Below, piece by piece: positions 10,347 to 19,359 of a DNA stretch of 64,000 nt. A program made the position numbers and the translations under genes. The notes below the pieces were generated by a model. The model did no database searches, was not told where the DNA came from, and saw nothing but the letters and a program-made list of their open reading frames with translations. Where the stretch lies: contig JABJKG010000010.1 in NCBI GenBank assembly GCA_018660415.1, positions 2,405 to 66,404 on the forward strand, given 5' to 3'. This DNA comes from a bacterium (GTDB lineage: Bacteria > Babelota > Babeliae > Babelales > UBA12409). Every line of letters begins with the position of its first letter. Within the stretch, counting starts at the first letter, position 1.

Positions 10347-11000
10347 TTAGATTGCTTTCTTAAGATAGAGTGGTGTTATTTGTTCTTCTGTTTGTCCTTG
10401 AGTGAATAATTCTTGGGCCAGAGTATGCAAAAACTCCATTGAAGGAAACTGTGGCAGCGGGCTTGCAATAGTGATATTATCCAAAGTTTTTGTAATGTTG
10501 TCTTGGAAAAAGGTGCAGCCACTACCAATGGCACGTATCGGCTGACCGAACTCTTTTTTTATGCGCTGTAAAAGTTCATCAATATTATTCCATCCTGTTT
10601 CCATAGTATCCTCGGAAGATTTGATACCATAGTATGCATCCGAGCTAAAGGCGTTATATAAACAAAGGGTGATAGGAAAATGTGGATTGCTATGTTCAGC
10701 AAGCATGGCTTCAAGGCCATTTAGGCCAATCAGAGGAATTTTTTCAGCAAAAGCTATCCCATTTATCGTTGTTATGAGGACTCGTAGGGTAGTAAATGGG
10801 GCAGGGCCTTGATTGACGCCAATATATTCAATCGAGTTGATAGTGAGGTTATGATTTTTAAGAAGGGCATCCAGGGTTAATAGGATATTTTTACTTGCTG
10901 TTTTCTTTGATTCGTTAACAGTTTCAAGAAGCGTATCATCTTGAAATAAAGCGATTTGAATTTCGTTATAGGTGCTTTGGACAATGAGCGAATAATTCAT
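10347..11000 (-). CDS. tsaB: tRNA threonylcarbamoyladenosine biosynthesis protein TsaB
   Basis: IGVNQGPAPFTTLRV (GPGSFTGLR variant) and C-terminal PLYLK. Confidence 0.9.
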   Translation of the reverse strand: MNYSLIVQSTYNEIQIALFQDDTLLETVNESKKTASKNILLTLDALLKNHNLTINSIEYIGVNQGPAPFTTLRVLITTINGIAFAEKIPLIGLNGLEAMLAEHSNPHFPITLCLYNAFSSDAYYGIKSSEDTMETGWNNIDELLQRIKKEFGQPIRAIGSGCTFFQDNITKTLDNITIASPLPQFPSMEFLHTLAQELFTQGQTEEQITPLYLKKAI

Positions 11001-11005
11001 GTGGG

Positions 11006-11182
11006 CTATTTTTTCTTACATTTTTGCTGTTGATAAAAAATACTAAATGCATCAAATTCTATTGTTCTTTCTTTTCTAGCAACTACTTTACCACAATTAA
11101 GGCATTTCCACCCGTCAAAATTCAAAAAATTATCAAAGAACGTTTGCTGAACCATGAGGCCTTTACACTTACGGCATTTCAT
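11006..11182 (-). CDS. 58-aa zinc-ribbon protein (not in the ORF track)
   Basis: Manual translation MKCRKCKGLMVQQTFFDNFLNFDGWKCLNCGKVVARKERTIEFDAFSIFYQQQKCKKK; two CxxC pairs; AAGGAG RBS upstream. Confidence 0.85.
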   Translation of the reverse strand: MKCRKCKGLMVQQTFFDNFLNFDGWKCLNCGKVVARKERTIEFDAFSIFYQQQKCKKK

Positions 11183-11367
11183 GGGCGTTCTCTCCTTTTT
11201 TATAACTCCATATTCTTACAACCAAGGTCAATGTCGTGGAAAATCCTTATGAAAAAATAAACTACATTTGTCCAAATATAATTTTAAACAAACATAGTTA
11301 GCACCAGACTACTGAAATTTATTTGGACTCGTCAACCCTTTTTTCTAAAAAATTAGGGTTGCAAGAC

Positions 11368-11790
11368 TCAGAGGGTGTTATGGAATTTTTTATATTCGAG
11401 ATAGGACTCTAAAATAAGTGCCGCGGCAATTGAGTGAATCTTAAGCTTGTCTTTAGGTTTTTTGCTTTTTTTGTTAGTCCTTTGGATGGAGTTGGCTTGT
11501 TTGCTAGTAAGGCGCTCATCCCAAAGCGTCCAGGTACATTGTGGGTATTGTTGTTCAAGCTCTTTGCAATGTTCCACAATTTTTTCGGTTTGCTTGCTTT
11601 CAGTCCCGCGTAAGGTCTTGGGGTATCCTACAACGACCTCTTTAATTTGATGATCCTTGAGTACTTTTGGGAGTTCTTGATCCAAACGGGCGGTCGGGAT
11701 AGTTTCAAGAGGTTGGCATGTGATGCCGAGAGGGTCCGATACGGCGACGCCGGTATGTACATCACCCAGATCGAGTCCCAGAATTTTCAT
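11368..11790 (-). CDS. ruvX: YqgF/RuvX pre-16S rRNA nuclease
   Basis: ILGLDLG..HTGVAVSD, VVGYP, WDERLTS and AAALILESYL; AGGAGG RBS before ATG 11790. Confidence 0.93.
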   Translation of the reverse strand: MKILGLDLGDVHTGVAVSDPLGITCQPLETIPTARLDQELPKVLKDHQIKEVVVGYPKTLRGTESKQTEKIVEHCKELEQQYPQCTWTLWDERLTSKQANSIQRTNKKSKKPKDKLKIHSIAAALILESYLEYKKFHNTL

Positions 11791-11926
11791 AAAATACCTC
11801 CTAGAAATACCCATTACGGGGAAAATTGCCTATAAATAATTAATTTCGTATACTGAGAGTATCATAGTGGCTAGATATATACTAGCTTAGAGTACTTTTA
11901 AATACCATACAATTGAAAGGTTTTTT

Positions 11927-12030
11927 ATGGTGTTACATCATATTTTGTTTACGACCTTTAACCCAGGCTTCTCAGCTTTCTGTACTACTAGTGCCTGTAG
12001 TAGTGCCGCCGGGATCACCGCGTAGGCGGT
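11927..12030 (+). promoter_or_regulatory. Candidate 32-codon leader peptide (11927-12025) with overlapping hairpins, possible attenuator
   Basis: GAAAGG RBS, then MVLHHILFTTFNPGFSAFCTTSACSSAAGITA*; hairpins actacta/tagtagt and accgc/gcggt, with alternative gccgcc/ggcggt pairing. Confidence 0.5.
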
Positions 12031-12100
12031 AAACATTATTTTCACCAAAAAAACTCACAAGTTTTAATTTTATGAAATTTATTTATATGAAAGTACTTTT

Positions 12101-13450
12101 GTGTCTTTAGCAAATCTTAATTTAGCTGTTGTTTCTTGTCGCGATGTCTTATGGGGTTGGCCCCTATTGGCCTCTTTCCTTGCGGTTGGTACAGCTGCGA
12201 CCTTCTTTCTCTATTTTGTTCAGATTAGATATTTTTTTACTTCTTGGAAGATGGTATTTGCTCCCTCCAAGTCAGAAACGACTAAGGGGAAGGGCGATCT
12301 TTCTCCATTCCAAGCGTTTTTAAACGCGCTTGCTACAGGTACCGGTAACGGGAGTGTGGCTGGTATTGGTTGTGCTATCTATGCCGGTGGTCCGGGAGCG
12401 GCATTTTGGATGCTCGTTGCTGGTTTGGTCGGTATGGCTCTCCGTTACGGAGAAGTATTTCTTTCTACCATATTTATTGGCAAGCATACATTTGGGGAAG
12501 CCAAGGGTGGTCCGATTGTTTATTTGAGCCAATTGCCAGGACGCAGCTTTATGCCGTACCTGTTTGCTGTATTTATGCTTTTTTACTGCTTTACTAGTGG
12601 TAACGCAATGCAGGCAAACTCTATTGGTGTTGGCTTGGCCAATGTTTTGGGTGTGGATAAAGTTTATATAGCGTTTGGATTACTGTTTTTTGTTATGTAC
12701 GTTCTCCTTGGTGGTGCACAACGTGTATTAAAAATATCCGATTGGTTGACTCCGATTAAAGTGGGCGTTTTTATTGTTGCAGCCTTCTTTTTACTTATTT
12801 TCCACTATGCAGCTATTATTCCTTCAGTCATTTTGATTTTCACTTCGGCCTTTTCTACTAAAGCAGTTGCTGGTGGTGCAATGGGTGTTTCTATTCAACA
12901 GATGGTACGCATCGGAACAGCCCGTTCAATCAATGCTCATGAAGCTGGCTTGGGTATTGCTGGTATCTTGTTTGGTTCTACTGGTTCCAAAGATCCAGTA
13001 CAAGACTCTATCATGTCTATGTTGAGTGTTTTTATTAGTAACTTCATTGTCTGTTTTGGTGTAGCGCTTAGTATAGTTGCTAGTGGTGTATGGGACAGTG
13101 GTCAAACTAGTATTTTGTTAACCAGTGCCGCATTCGAGACTGTTTATGGGATCTATGGTTCTTGGATTATTACGTTTGTATCAGCAAGTTTCGGGCTTGG
13201 CGTCTTGGTAGCGTTTGTTTTTATTACTGCCGAGATCTGGGAGTTTCTTACCGGTGGCCGTGCAATGTGGCTGTTAGGGATTATCTATTGTGCGATTACC
13301 TTCTTTGGAACCTTGGCTACTATTGAGATTATATGGAACACTAATGACCTTGTTAATGGTACTTTATTACTTATGAACCTATACGCTATTGCTTGGTTCA
13401 TGCCAATGATCAGGCGCGAGCTATTGAAGTATATGATAAAAAGCAAATAA
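12101..13450 (+). CDS. Alanine/glycine:cation symporter family (AGCS/AlsT-like) transporter
   Basis: LSPFQA, GTGNGSVAG, GGPGAAFWM, GGP.VY, GNAMQANSI and HEAGLG motifs; about 11 TM helices. Confidence 0.92.
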   Translation: MSLANLNLAVVSCRDVLWGWPLLASFLAVGTAATFFLYFVQIRYFFTSWKMVFAPSKSETTKGKGDLSPFQAFLNALATGTGNGSVAGIGCAIYAGGPGAAFWMLVAGLVGMALRYGEVFLSTIFIGKHTFGEAKGGPIVYLSQLPGRSFMPYLFAVFMLFYCFTSGNAMQANSIGVGLANVLGVDKVYIAFGLLFFVMYVLLGGAQRVLKISDWLTPIKVGVFIVAAFFLLIFHYAAIIPSVILIFTSAFSTKAVAGGAMGVSIQQMVRIGTARSINAHEAGLGIAGILFGSTGSKDPVQDSIMSMLSVFISNFIVCFGVALSIVASGVWDSGQTSILLTSAAFETVYGIYGSWIITFVSASFGLGVLVAFVFITAEIWEFLTGGRAMWLLGIIYCAITFFGTLATIEIIWNTNDLVNGTLLLMNLYAIAWFMPMIRRELLKYMIKSK

Positions 13451-13471
13451 ACGATTTTATAAAAGACCAAA

Positions 13472-13501
13472 AAAAAGGCCCTATATTTCAAGGGCCTTTT
13501 T
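13472..13501. terminator. Bidirectional intrinsic terminator
   Basis: aaaaaggccct-N8-agggccttttt between convergent genes. Confidence 0.85.
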
Positions 13502-13524
13502 ATAATTTAGGTTAATTGGCTTTT

Positions 13525-14052
13525 TTAATTGCCAAACCATCCGCCAAACATACCTTTTTTCTTTCCTTCTTCTTTTGGAAAGACTTTATCATTTAGTCTA
13601 GTTAATGCGCTATCATATTTTTGTTGTTCCATTTCTGTGTGATCTTTCATTTCTGTAAGTGCACGCTTTATAGTACCAGGAACTGCCAATACGCTCTTCG
13701 CATTATTATCAACTATTCCTTTTAAGAGTTGTGTATTTTTATGTAATTGCTTGGCATCATGAGTCAGTGTCGCTATAGCCTCACCGTTACTGTGTACACT
13801 TGTTCTTACAGCTGCAAAAGTCTTTTCTGTTGATTCTTCATGCTTTTGGAGATGTTCAGCAAAAGTTTCAATTTTTTTGGCATTGCCTTCGATAGCAGTT
13901 TGTAGTTTTTTAAGGTCGTTCCCTATGCCATCTATCGCTGTCGCAAGTTTTGCTACATTAGCTTCGATTTTTCCAGTTCTAGCGTCAGGCTTGACTGTAT
14001 TAAGAGATAAAAGACCTACCAACATGAGTGGTAAAATAATTAATTTTTTCAT
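13525..14052 (-). CDS. Secreted coiled-coil protein
   Basis: Signal peptide, heptad-like pattern, C-terminal KKKGMFGGWFGN. Confidence 0.75.
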   Translation of the reverse strand: MKKLIILPLMLVGLLSLNTVKPDARTGKIEANVAKLATAIDGIGNDLKKLQTAIEGNAKKIETFAEHLQKHEESTEKTFAAVRTSVHSNGEAIATLTHDAKQLHKNTQLLKGIVDNNAKSVLAVPGTIKRALTEMKDHTEMEQQKYDSALTRLNDKVFPKEEGKKKGMFGGWFGN

Positions 14053-14249
14053 TGCAATATTCCTTTTTTAGGGCATTTACCCAGGTTTAATATGTGTGCT
14101 ATCTTATATATCTTATCTATTGGTTTAATTATTGCATATTTGGCAAGTCGATTGCAAGGGTTGTGTTGCAAATAGAAATTGTTTTGCGTGGTTGATTGAT
14201 TGAGTGGGCTGATTGAGCTTGTTTGGCTCTAAAAAAGGGTGCTTTTCTT

Positions 14250-14903
14250 TTAGCGACTGGTTAGCCAGCCTTTAACCCTTGAACCAGGGGAAGGGCGAAC
14301 CCGTTTGCCTTTTTTTATTACCCTTTTTAGAGGAAGAGGGCTAGGAGTGGAGGCATCTATTATAGCTTGTGCTTTCTTTTTCTTTTCTGCTATTTCATCT
14401 TTAGCTTGATGGACCTTTTTTTTAGCTAGATCTGCTAGTTCGTGGGATCTATATAATTCTTGATTAATGCTTTGTATGTTAGCCGTTGCAGCATCACGTT
14501 CTTGCTGAGAAATAGGGATTTCTGGCTTTTCTGCAACCCATCGTCTACCTGGATTTAAAAAGCTTGTACATTTTTCCCATTGGCCGCGCTTTCCCAATAA
14601 TAACAATTGTTCACAAGCATCTCGTTGGGACCTTAGGTGGTGAATTGTAAGCCATACAGTATCTAGTTCTACTTGAGCTTCACGTAAATTTTGGTCGACA
14701 GCCTGCTGTGCTGTTTTCAACCTTTGGTCAGCACTCAAGTGTTGGTATAAATCTGTGCTGTTCCATGGCCTGGAAGCCCTTCGCTCGGCTTTTAACAATC
14801 GGATATAGGCTTGAAGGGGCATAGGTGAGGTGTGGGGATTACTTATTATACGCAACGATATAAAGCCAACTAAAATGAGTAGTGATACGATGAGTTTCTT
14901 CAT
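14250..14903 (-). CDS. Secreted coiled-coil protein, paralog of 15526-16353
   Basis: Signal peptide; GKRGQW...WVA..P motif; basic C-terminus KRVIKKGKR. Confidence 0.7.
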   Translation of the reverse strand: MKKLIVSLLILVGFISLRIISNPHTSPMPLQAYIRLLKAERRASRPWNSTDLYQHLSADQRLKTAQQAVDQNLREAQVELDTVWLTIHHLRSQRDACEQLLLLGKRGQWEKCTSFLNPGRRWVAEKPEIPISQQERDAATANIQSINQELYRSHELADLAKKKVHQAKDEIAEKKKKAQAIIDASTPSPLPLKRVIKKGKRVRPSPGSRVKGWLTSR

Positions 14904-15101
14904 GTAGACATCCTTTTTTAAGTAAGTTATTTAAAGTAAATAATCACTTAATTCAGCATATCTTGTTTGTAGTACAACATCAACAAGTATTGTTTTATGC
15001 TGAGCCAAAACGATTGCATCGGATGAGCAGGAGATGGTTTTGATTTTTAAATTGAATCTTATTAAAAGTATTTGGAGCTGGTTTTTTCTATATACTTATA
15101 G

Positions 15102-15332
15102 TTATAGATCGTCTTTTTCGTCTTCGCTTGCTGTAACAGGTTCACCTTTGAGTTCACGCTCTATTTTTTTATAGTTGAGGAAAAGTTCATGGAGTTCTTT
15201 ATTCATAAAATTGATTTGTGCTGCATGATCTTCATCAAGCCTTTTTGCAAAGGAATCTATACTGGTAAGAACAGTGCGCAATGATGTGTTGAGTGCGCTT
15301 AACTCTTGTATTAATCTTTTATTATCATCCAT
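15102..15332 (-). CDS. Small coiled-coil hypothetical protein
   Basis: 76 aa, amphipathic helix, AGGGG RBS-like sequence upstream. Confidence 0.55.
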   Translation of the reverse strand: MDDNKRLIQELSALNTSLRTVLTSIDSFAKRLDEDHAAQINFMNKELHELFLNYKKIERELKGEPVTASEDEKDDL

Positions 15333-15525
15333 AACGATACCCCTATTAAAATATTTATTTTTTACTCTTATTTCTTACCGTAGCAAAATCACACCCCAAA
15401 CTTCAAGCATTGGTTGTGATCTGTGTTGTTAGTTTTGTATTTTTTTGTGCCGTAATAAGCAATAATTTTGGGGAGCAAACGTTTGTGGATTCTGAACGAC
15501 TCTAAACTCCCGTTGAAACTATTGC

Positions 15526-16353
15526 TTAGAGCTCGGGTGGTGGAGAATATACTCTTGATTTCGTGTCTTCAATCCAGTCAAACAATTTAGCTGCCTCAGA
15601 TGGTTGTGCCCATCGGCCAAGCTCTACTTTTGCCTTTAGAAACTCACGATAAGATTGGTCATTTGTTCCGGATTGATATACTCGGCTAGCATAGTCTGCT
15701 TGAGTTATAACTGCTTCTTCTCGAAGAGAGGCGTTGAATTCATCTTGTTTTGCTTGCCACTCTCCTTGCCTTATGGCGCGTTCAGCTTGGTTAAATTTGC
15801 TTTCAGCTAGAGCTGCCTCCTCCGAGGCTTGCTGTAGTTGAGCTTTAATCTGTATCCTTTGCGCAAGCATTTGACGACTTTCATCCTTTGTTGGAGGGAT
15901 GGGTGAAGCGACCCACTTTAAACCGACCCATTCCCCCTTTTGCCCTGTCATGAAATAGCGCTCTAAAGGATCTAGTTGTTTTTTCAGTTTTTTGATTGTT
16001 TTTCTTGCTCTACTAACCTCTTCCTCAGCTTTGAGTTTTGGATCGACTACAAGTGACCATGCTGCATTTACTCGGTATTTATTGTAAGGGGTGCGGGTTT
16101 CTCTGAATTCCTTTCGTGCTTTTAGAAGTGCTAGGTGTGCGTTTCTGAAGTCAAGATTATCTAAAACTGGATCCTGTGTTATGGACTCGTTTCCCCGGGG
16201 AGGATTATCTGATACAGGCCCACGCTCGTAAGCCAGTTCTTTTTGTCTTTCTAGATAAACTTGCATTTCCTTATATTCTGCTTTCGTACCTGCATTAATA
16301 CAAATCGCGGGTATAATACTGGCGAATATAAAGAGAAATAAAAACTGTTTCAA
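15526..16353 (-). CDS. Secreted coiled-coil protein, paralog of 14250-14903
   Basis: Signal peptide; GQKGEW...WVA.P motif. Confidence 0.7.
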   Translation of the reverse strand: MKQFLFLFIFASIIPAICINAGTKAEYKEMQVYLERQKELAYERGPVSDNPPRGNESITQDPVLDNLDFRNAHLALLKARKEFRETRTPYNKYRVNAAWSLVVDPKLKAEEEVSRARKTIKKLKKQLDPLERYFMTGQKGEWVGLKWVASPIPPTKDESRQMLAQRIQIKAQLQQASEEAALAESKFNQAERAIRQGEWQAKQDEFNASLREEAVITQADYASRVYQSGTNDQSYREFLKAKVELGRWAQPSEAAKLFDWIEDTKSRVYSPPPEL

Positions 16354-16588
16354 TTATTGTTCTTTCATATTTTAACTAAAATTTATTTGTGAATTAATAC
16401 TGCTTTTAGCAATTTTCTATAACTATCTCCCCACAAGAGGGAGCATTGTTAACTTAATTATTATTTACTATTATAACAAAATATCGTTACAATCTTCAAG
16501 TGCTGGGTGTTGTTTATTGTGTGGTTAAGAAAATTAAATAGTTTTGCTAGACTGGGCATATCAGATTGATATCTCAAAGGAGCAGCAG

Positions 16589-18010
16589 ATGAACTTACCA
16601 AAAATATTTAAAGTAGCGTGTCATACGGATAACGTTGGTCAAGGATCTACGTTTGTAGCGGTTTTAGGAGCTACGAGTAATGGCACTTTATATATTAATA
16701 AGGCCCTTGATCGTGGTGCAACAACGGTGGTGGTTGAGCATGATGTTCAGCTGGATCAGGAATTACTCAATCGTTGCTTGAAGGAAGATATCAGTATTAC
16801 TCGTGTTGATAATGCCCGGCTAGCATTGGCGCAACTGAGTGCTAAGGCTTACGACAACCCTGCTGATAAGCTAAAAATTATTGGTATTACTGGCACTAAA
16901 GGAAAAACTACCAGTGTTTACTTACTTCATCATGTTTTAAAGCAGGCTGGTAAAAAGGTTGCTATGTTGACCGGAGTTGAAAACAAAATCGGTGATGAAA
17001 GTTTTTCTGCGCAATTAACAACACCACACCCAGACTATATACACATGTTTTTCGCACAGTGTGTGGGAGAGGGCGTTGAGTATGTTGTCATGGAAGCCTC
17101 GGCTCAGGGATTTAGTCTTCATCGCTTAGAGACCATTTTTTTTGCTGCTATGGTATTTACTAATTTTTCGTTAGAGCATTCGGAATTTTATGCGGATATA
17201 GAGGATTATTTTGAAGCGAAGTGTCAAATTTTTGAGCATTGTCGTGAGAATGCGCCGCGGATTGTCAATGCCGATGATACGTGGGTTAAGAAGATAATGT
17301 CTGCGTACAAAAACCTTATAACTACTGGTATAAGTACAAATGCGGCTATAACGGGGCGATTATGCAGGGCCGATATGGCAGGGTTGAAAATGGATATTAC
17401 GTATGGGTCTCATGTACTCACTCTTGAATCGAATACTGTCGTAGGTTCCTATAATGCTGAAAACATTCTTGGTGTTTTTGCCTGTGCTTTAAAGCTTGGT
17501 ATTGATCCAGAAGTTATTAAAGACGCTTTAGAATCGTTTAGAGTTGTTCCTGGGCGGTTGGAACGGTTTGAGTTAGACAATGAGGTAGTGGTCGTTGTTG
17601 ATTATGCTCATAATCCATCATCGTTTCAGGCATTGTTTTCCATGTTGCACAGTAACACAAAGGATTTATCAGTGGTTTTTGGATGTGGTGGTGGAAGGGA
17701 TACATCCAAGCGTCCCATCATGGGTGAGCTTGCTGCTCGGTACTGTAATAAAGTATATTTAACGACAGATAATCCGCGTAATGAGGATCCTGAAAGTATT
17801 GTACAGGATATTTTGCTTGGTATTCCCAATGAGAAGCAAGGCTCAGTCGTTATTGAGCATGATCGTGCAAAGGCTATTGCCCGTGCTGTTCAGAATGCAC
17901 GGCCCGGAGGAATTGTTGCTATTCTTGGCAAAGGCCCGGATGAATATCAGCTGGTAGGTTCAACCAAAACATTCTTTAGTGATAAACAGCAGGTCCGTAA
18001 GCTTTGCTAA
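16589..18010 (+). CDS. murE: UDP-MurNAc-dipeptide--2,6-diaminopimelate ligase
   Basis: GITGTKGKTT, LTTP, MEASA, VDYAHNP, FGCGGGRD and DNPR (DAP-specificity motif); AAGGAG RBS. Confidence 0.95.
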   Translation: MNLPKIFKVACHTDNVGQGSTFVAVLGATSNGTLYINKALDRGATTVVVEHDVQLDQELLNRCLKEDISITRVDNARLALAQLSAKAYDNPADKLKIIGITGTKGKTTSVYLLHHVLKQAGKKVAMLTGVENKIGDESFSAQLTTPHPDYIHMFFAQCVGEGVEYVVMEASAQGFSLHRLETIFFAAMVFTNFSLEHSEFYADIEDYFEAKCQIFEHCRENAPRIVNADDTWVKKIMSAYKNLITTGISTNAAITGRLCRADMAGLKMDITYGSHVLTLESNTVVGSYNAENILGVFACALKLGIDPEVIKDALESFRVVPGRLERFELDNEVVVVVDYAHNPSSFQALFSMLHSNTKDLSVVFGCGGGRDTSKRPIMGELAARYCNKVYLTTDNPRNEDPESIVQDILLGIPNEKQGSVVIEHDRAKAIARAVQNARPGGIVAILGKGPDEYQLVGSTKTFFSDKQQVRKLC

Positions 18011-18072
18011 CTACGATGACTAGCTGGAGCAAACACTAACGACTTAACAGTCCAAAACTTCTTGTTTAATGC

Positions 18073-18351
18073 TTATTTAAGTAGGTGTTGTAGTTTAGTT
18101 GCCATAGCACACGTTTTTACGTTGTTGGTTGCAGCCTGAACACTGGCACCCTTACTGGCTTCTCCTGCGGTCAAACATTTTTTAAAGAGGCTATTGTTAC
18201 GCAGGTTTGTACAAATAGTTTTAGTAACAGTTACACCATCTCCTGGACGTTCTAAGCATTGAGTTACACAGCTCGCTTCTTTAGCAGTAAGGCTATTTTG
18301 AATTAGCATTAATGTTAATATTCCAAGGAATTTAGTTATTTTCTTTATCAT
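18073..18351 (-). CDS. Small secreted Cys-containing protein
   Basis: Signal peptide ending QNSLT; CVTQC motif. Confidence 0.6.
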   Translation of the reverse strand: MIKKITKFLGILTLMLIQNSLTAKEASCVTQCLERPGDGVTVTKTICTNLRNNSLFKKCLTAGEASKGASVQAATNNVKTCAMATKLQHLLK

Positions 18352-18366
18352 AATATCTCCACAATT

Positions 18367-18717
18367 TTATTTTTTGGATTTTAATGAAACCTGAGGACAG
18401 CACTGTATGTTTTCAATACACTTTTTTAAGTCAGCGGTGTCTGGATTTGCTTTAAATAGGTTGTAAATGCATTTTGGATCCTGCTTACATGCTAACGCAC
18501 AATCGGCTGGTGAGTTGTCAACATCAGTTGGTGCTATACATAAAGCATAACCTTCTTTACAGTAGAGCTCACACTTATTAGCGTTGACAGTTTTATTTGC
18601 TTTACACTGTTTGATACAGGCTAGTTCCTGTTTTTTTTCGAGCTTGGTTTGTTTTGTCCAACTGTTTTGAGCGAAAAACACTGTAAATAAAGCAATCACT
18701 AAGAATGTTTTTTTCAT
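18367..18717 (-). CDS. Small secreted Cys-rich protein
   Basis: Signal peptide ending QNSWT; repeated CxxxC motifs, 11 Cys. Confidence 0.7.
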   Translation of the reverse strand: MKKTFLVIALFTVFFAQNSWTKQTKLEKKQELACIKQCKANKTVNANKCELYCKEGYALCIAPTDVDNSPADCALACKQDPKCIYNLFKANPDTADLKKCIENIQCCPQVSLKSKK

Positions 18718-18801
18718 ACACGTCCCTACTGGAGTAAGAATAATCTATTTTATTCCAGTATATTGGAAGTGTGAGTTAAATCGCAACAGTTTGTTTGGGT
18801 T

Positions 18802-19206
18802 TTACTTCTTTCTTCTGGCTGTAGACGCCTTGCTGGCTGTTAATTCTTTAGGGAGTTGGTTTAGATTTGTTTTGACGGTCTTGACTTCCTGCATGAGAAC
18901 ATATGAAAGAAGGGTACGGAGGATGATTAATACAAGGATGATGCCCAGTTTTTCATAGGTAACATGCATCAGGGTTGAGATTACGTCAGCGGCCACCAGG
19001 AGTTCTAGTCCAGATACGATAGACTGTCCCAGCTCGGTTCTAAACTGCCAAAACCGTTCTACGATGGACTTACCTGTGCAGGTTGCATAAACATAAGCAG
19101 CAATGGATCGTAATCCACCATATGAAATAATAAGAATACCAGCCAGTTCGAAGATTTCCTTACAAACGGTAAGGACCTTCATTTTATACATAAAATAATG
19201 CCACAT
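18802..19206 (-). CDS. DUF1622-like membrane protein
   Basis: R.ELGQSIVSGLELLVAADVISTL...LG...ILRTLLSY pattern. Confidence 0.85.
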   Translation of the reverse strand: MWHYFMYKMKVLTVCKEIFELAGILIISYGGLRSIAAYVYATCTGKSIVERFWQFRTELGQSIVSGLELLVAADVISTLMHVTYEKLGIILVLIILRTLLSYVLMQEVKTVKTNLNQLPKELTASKASTARRKK

Positions 19207-19359
19207 GGGTTTTATTCTCCTTATTATTTTTTATTTTATTTAAAAATAATTCCTTGTTTAATGTCCATCATTACATCGGTTTTAGATTGAAGAGCCTGAA
19301 ATAGAAGCATTGTTTTTGAGAGACAAAACTTGTTATGACCATTAAAAAAGGGGAGAGTA

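Noticed and set aside
11024-11260. 78-aa plus-strand ORF
   Set aside because: It is antisense to the better-supported zinc-ribbon gene at 11006-11182.
11927-12025. Leader ORF as a RiPP precursor (Cys/Ser/Thr-rich core)
   Set aside because: No YcaO, lanthipeptide or radical SAM maturase nearby; the position and hairpins fit a leader peptide better.
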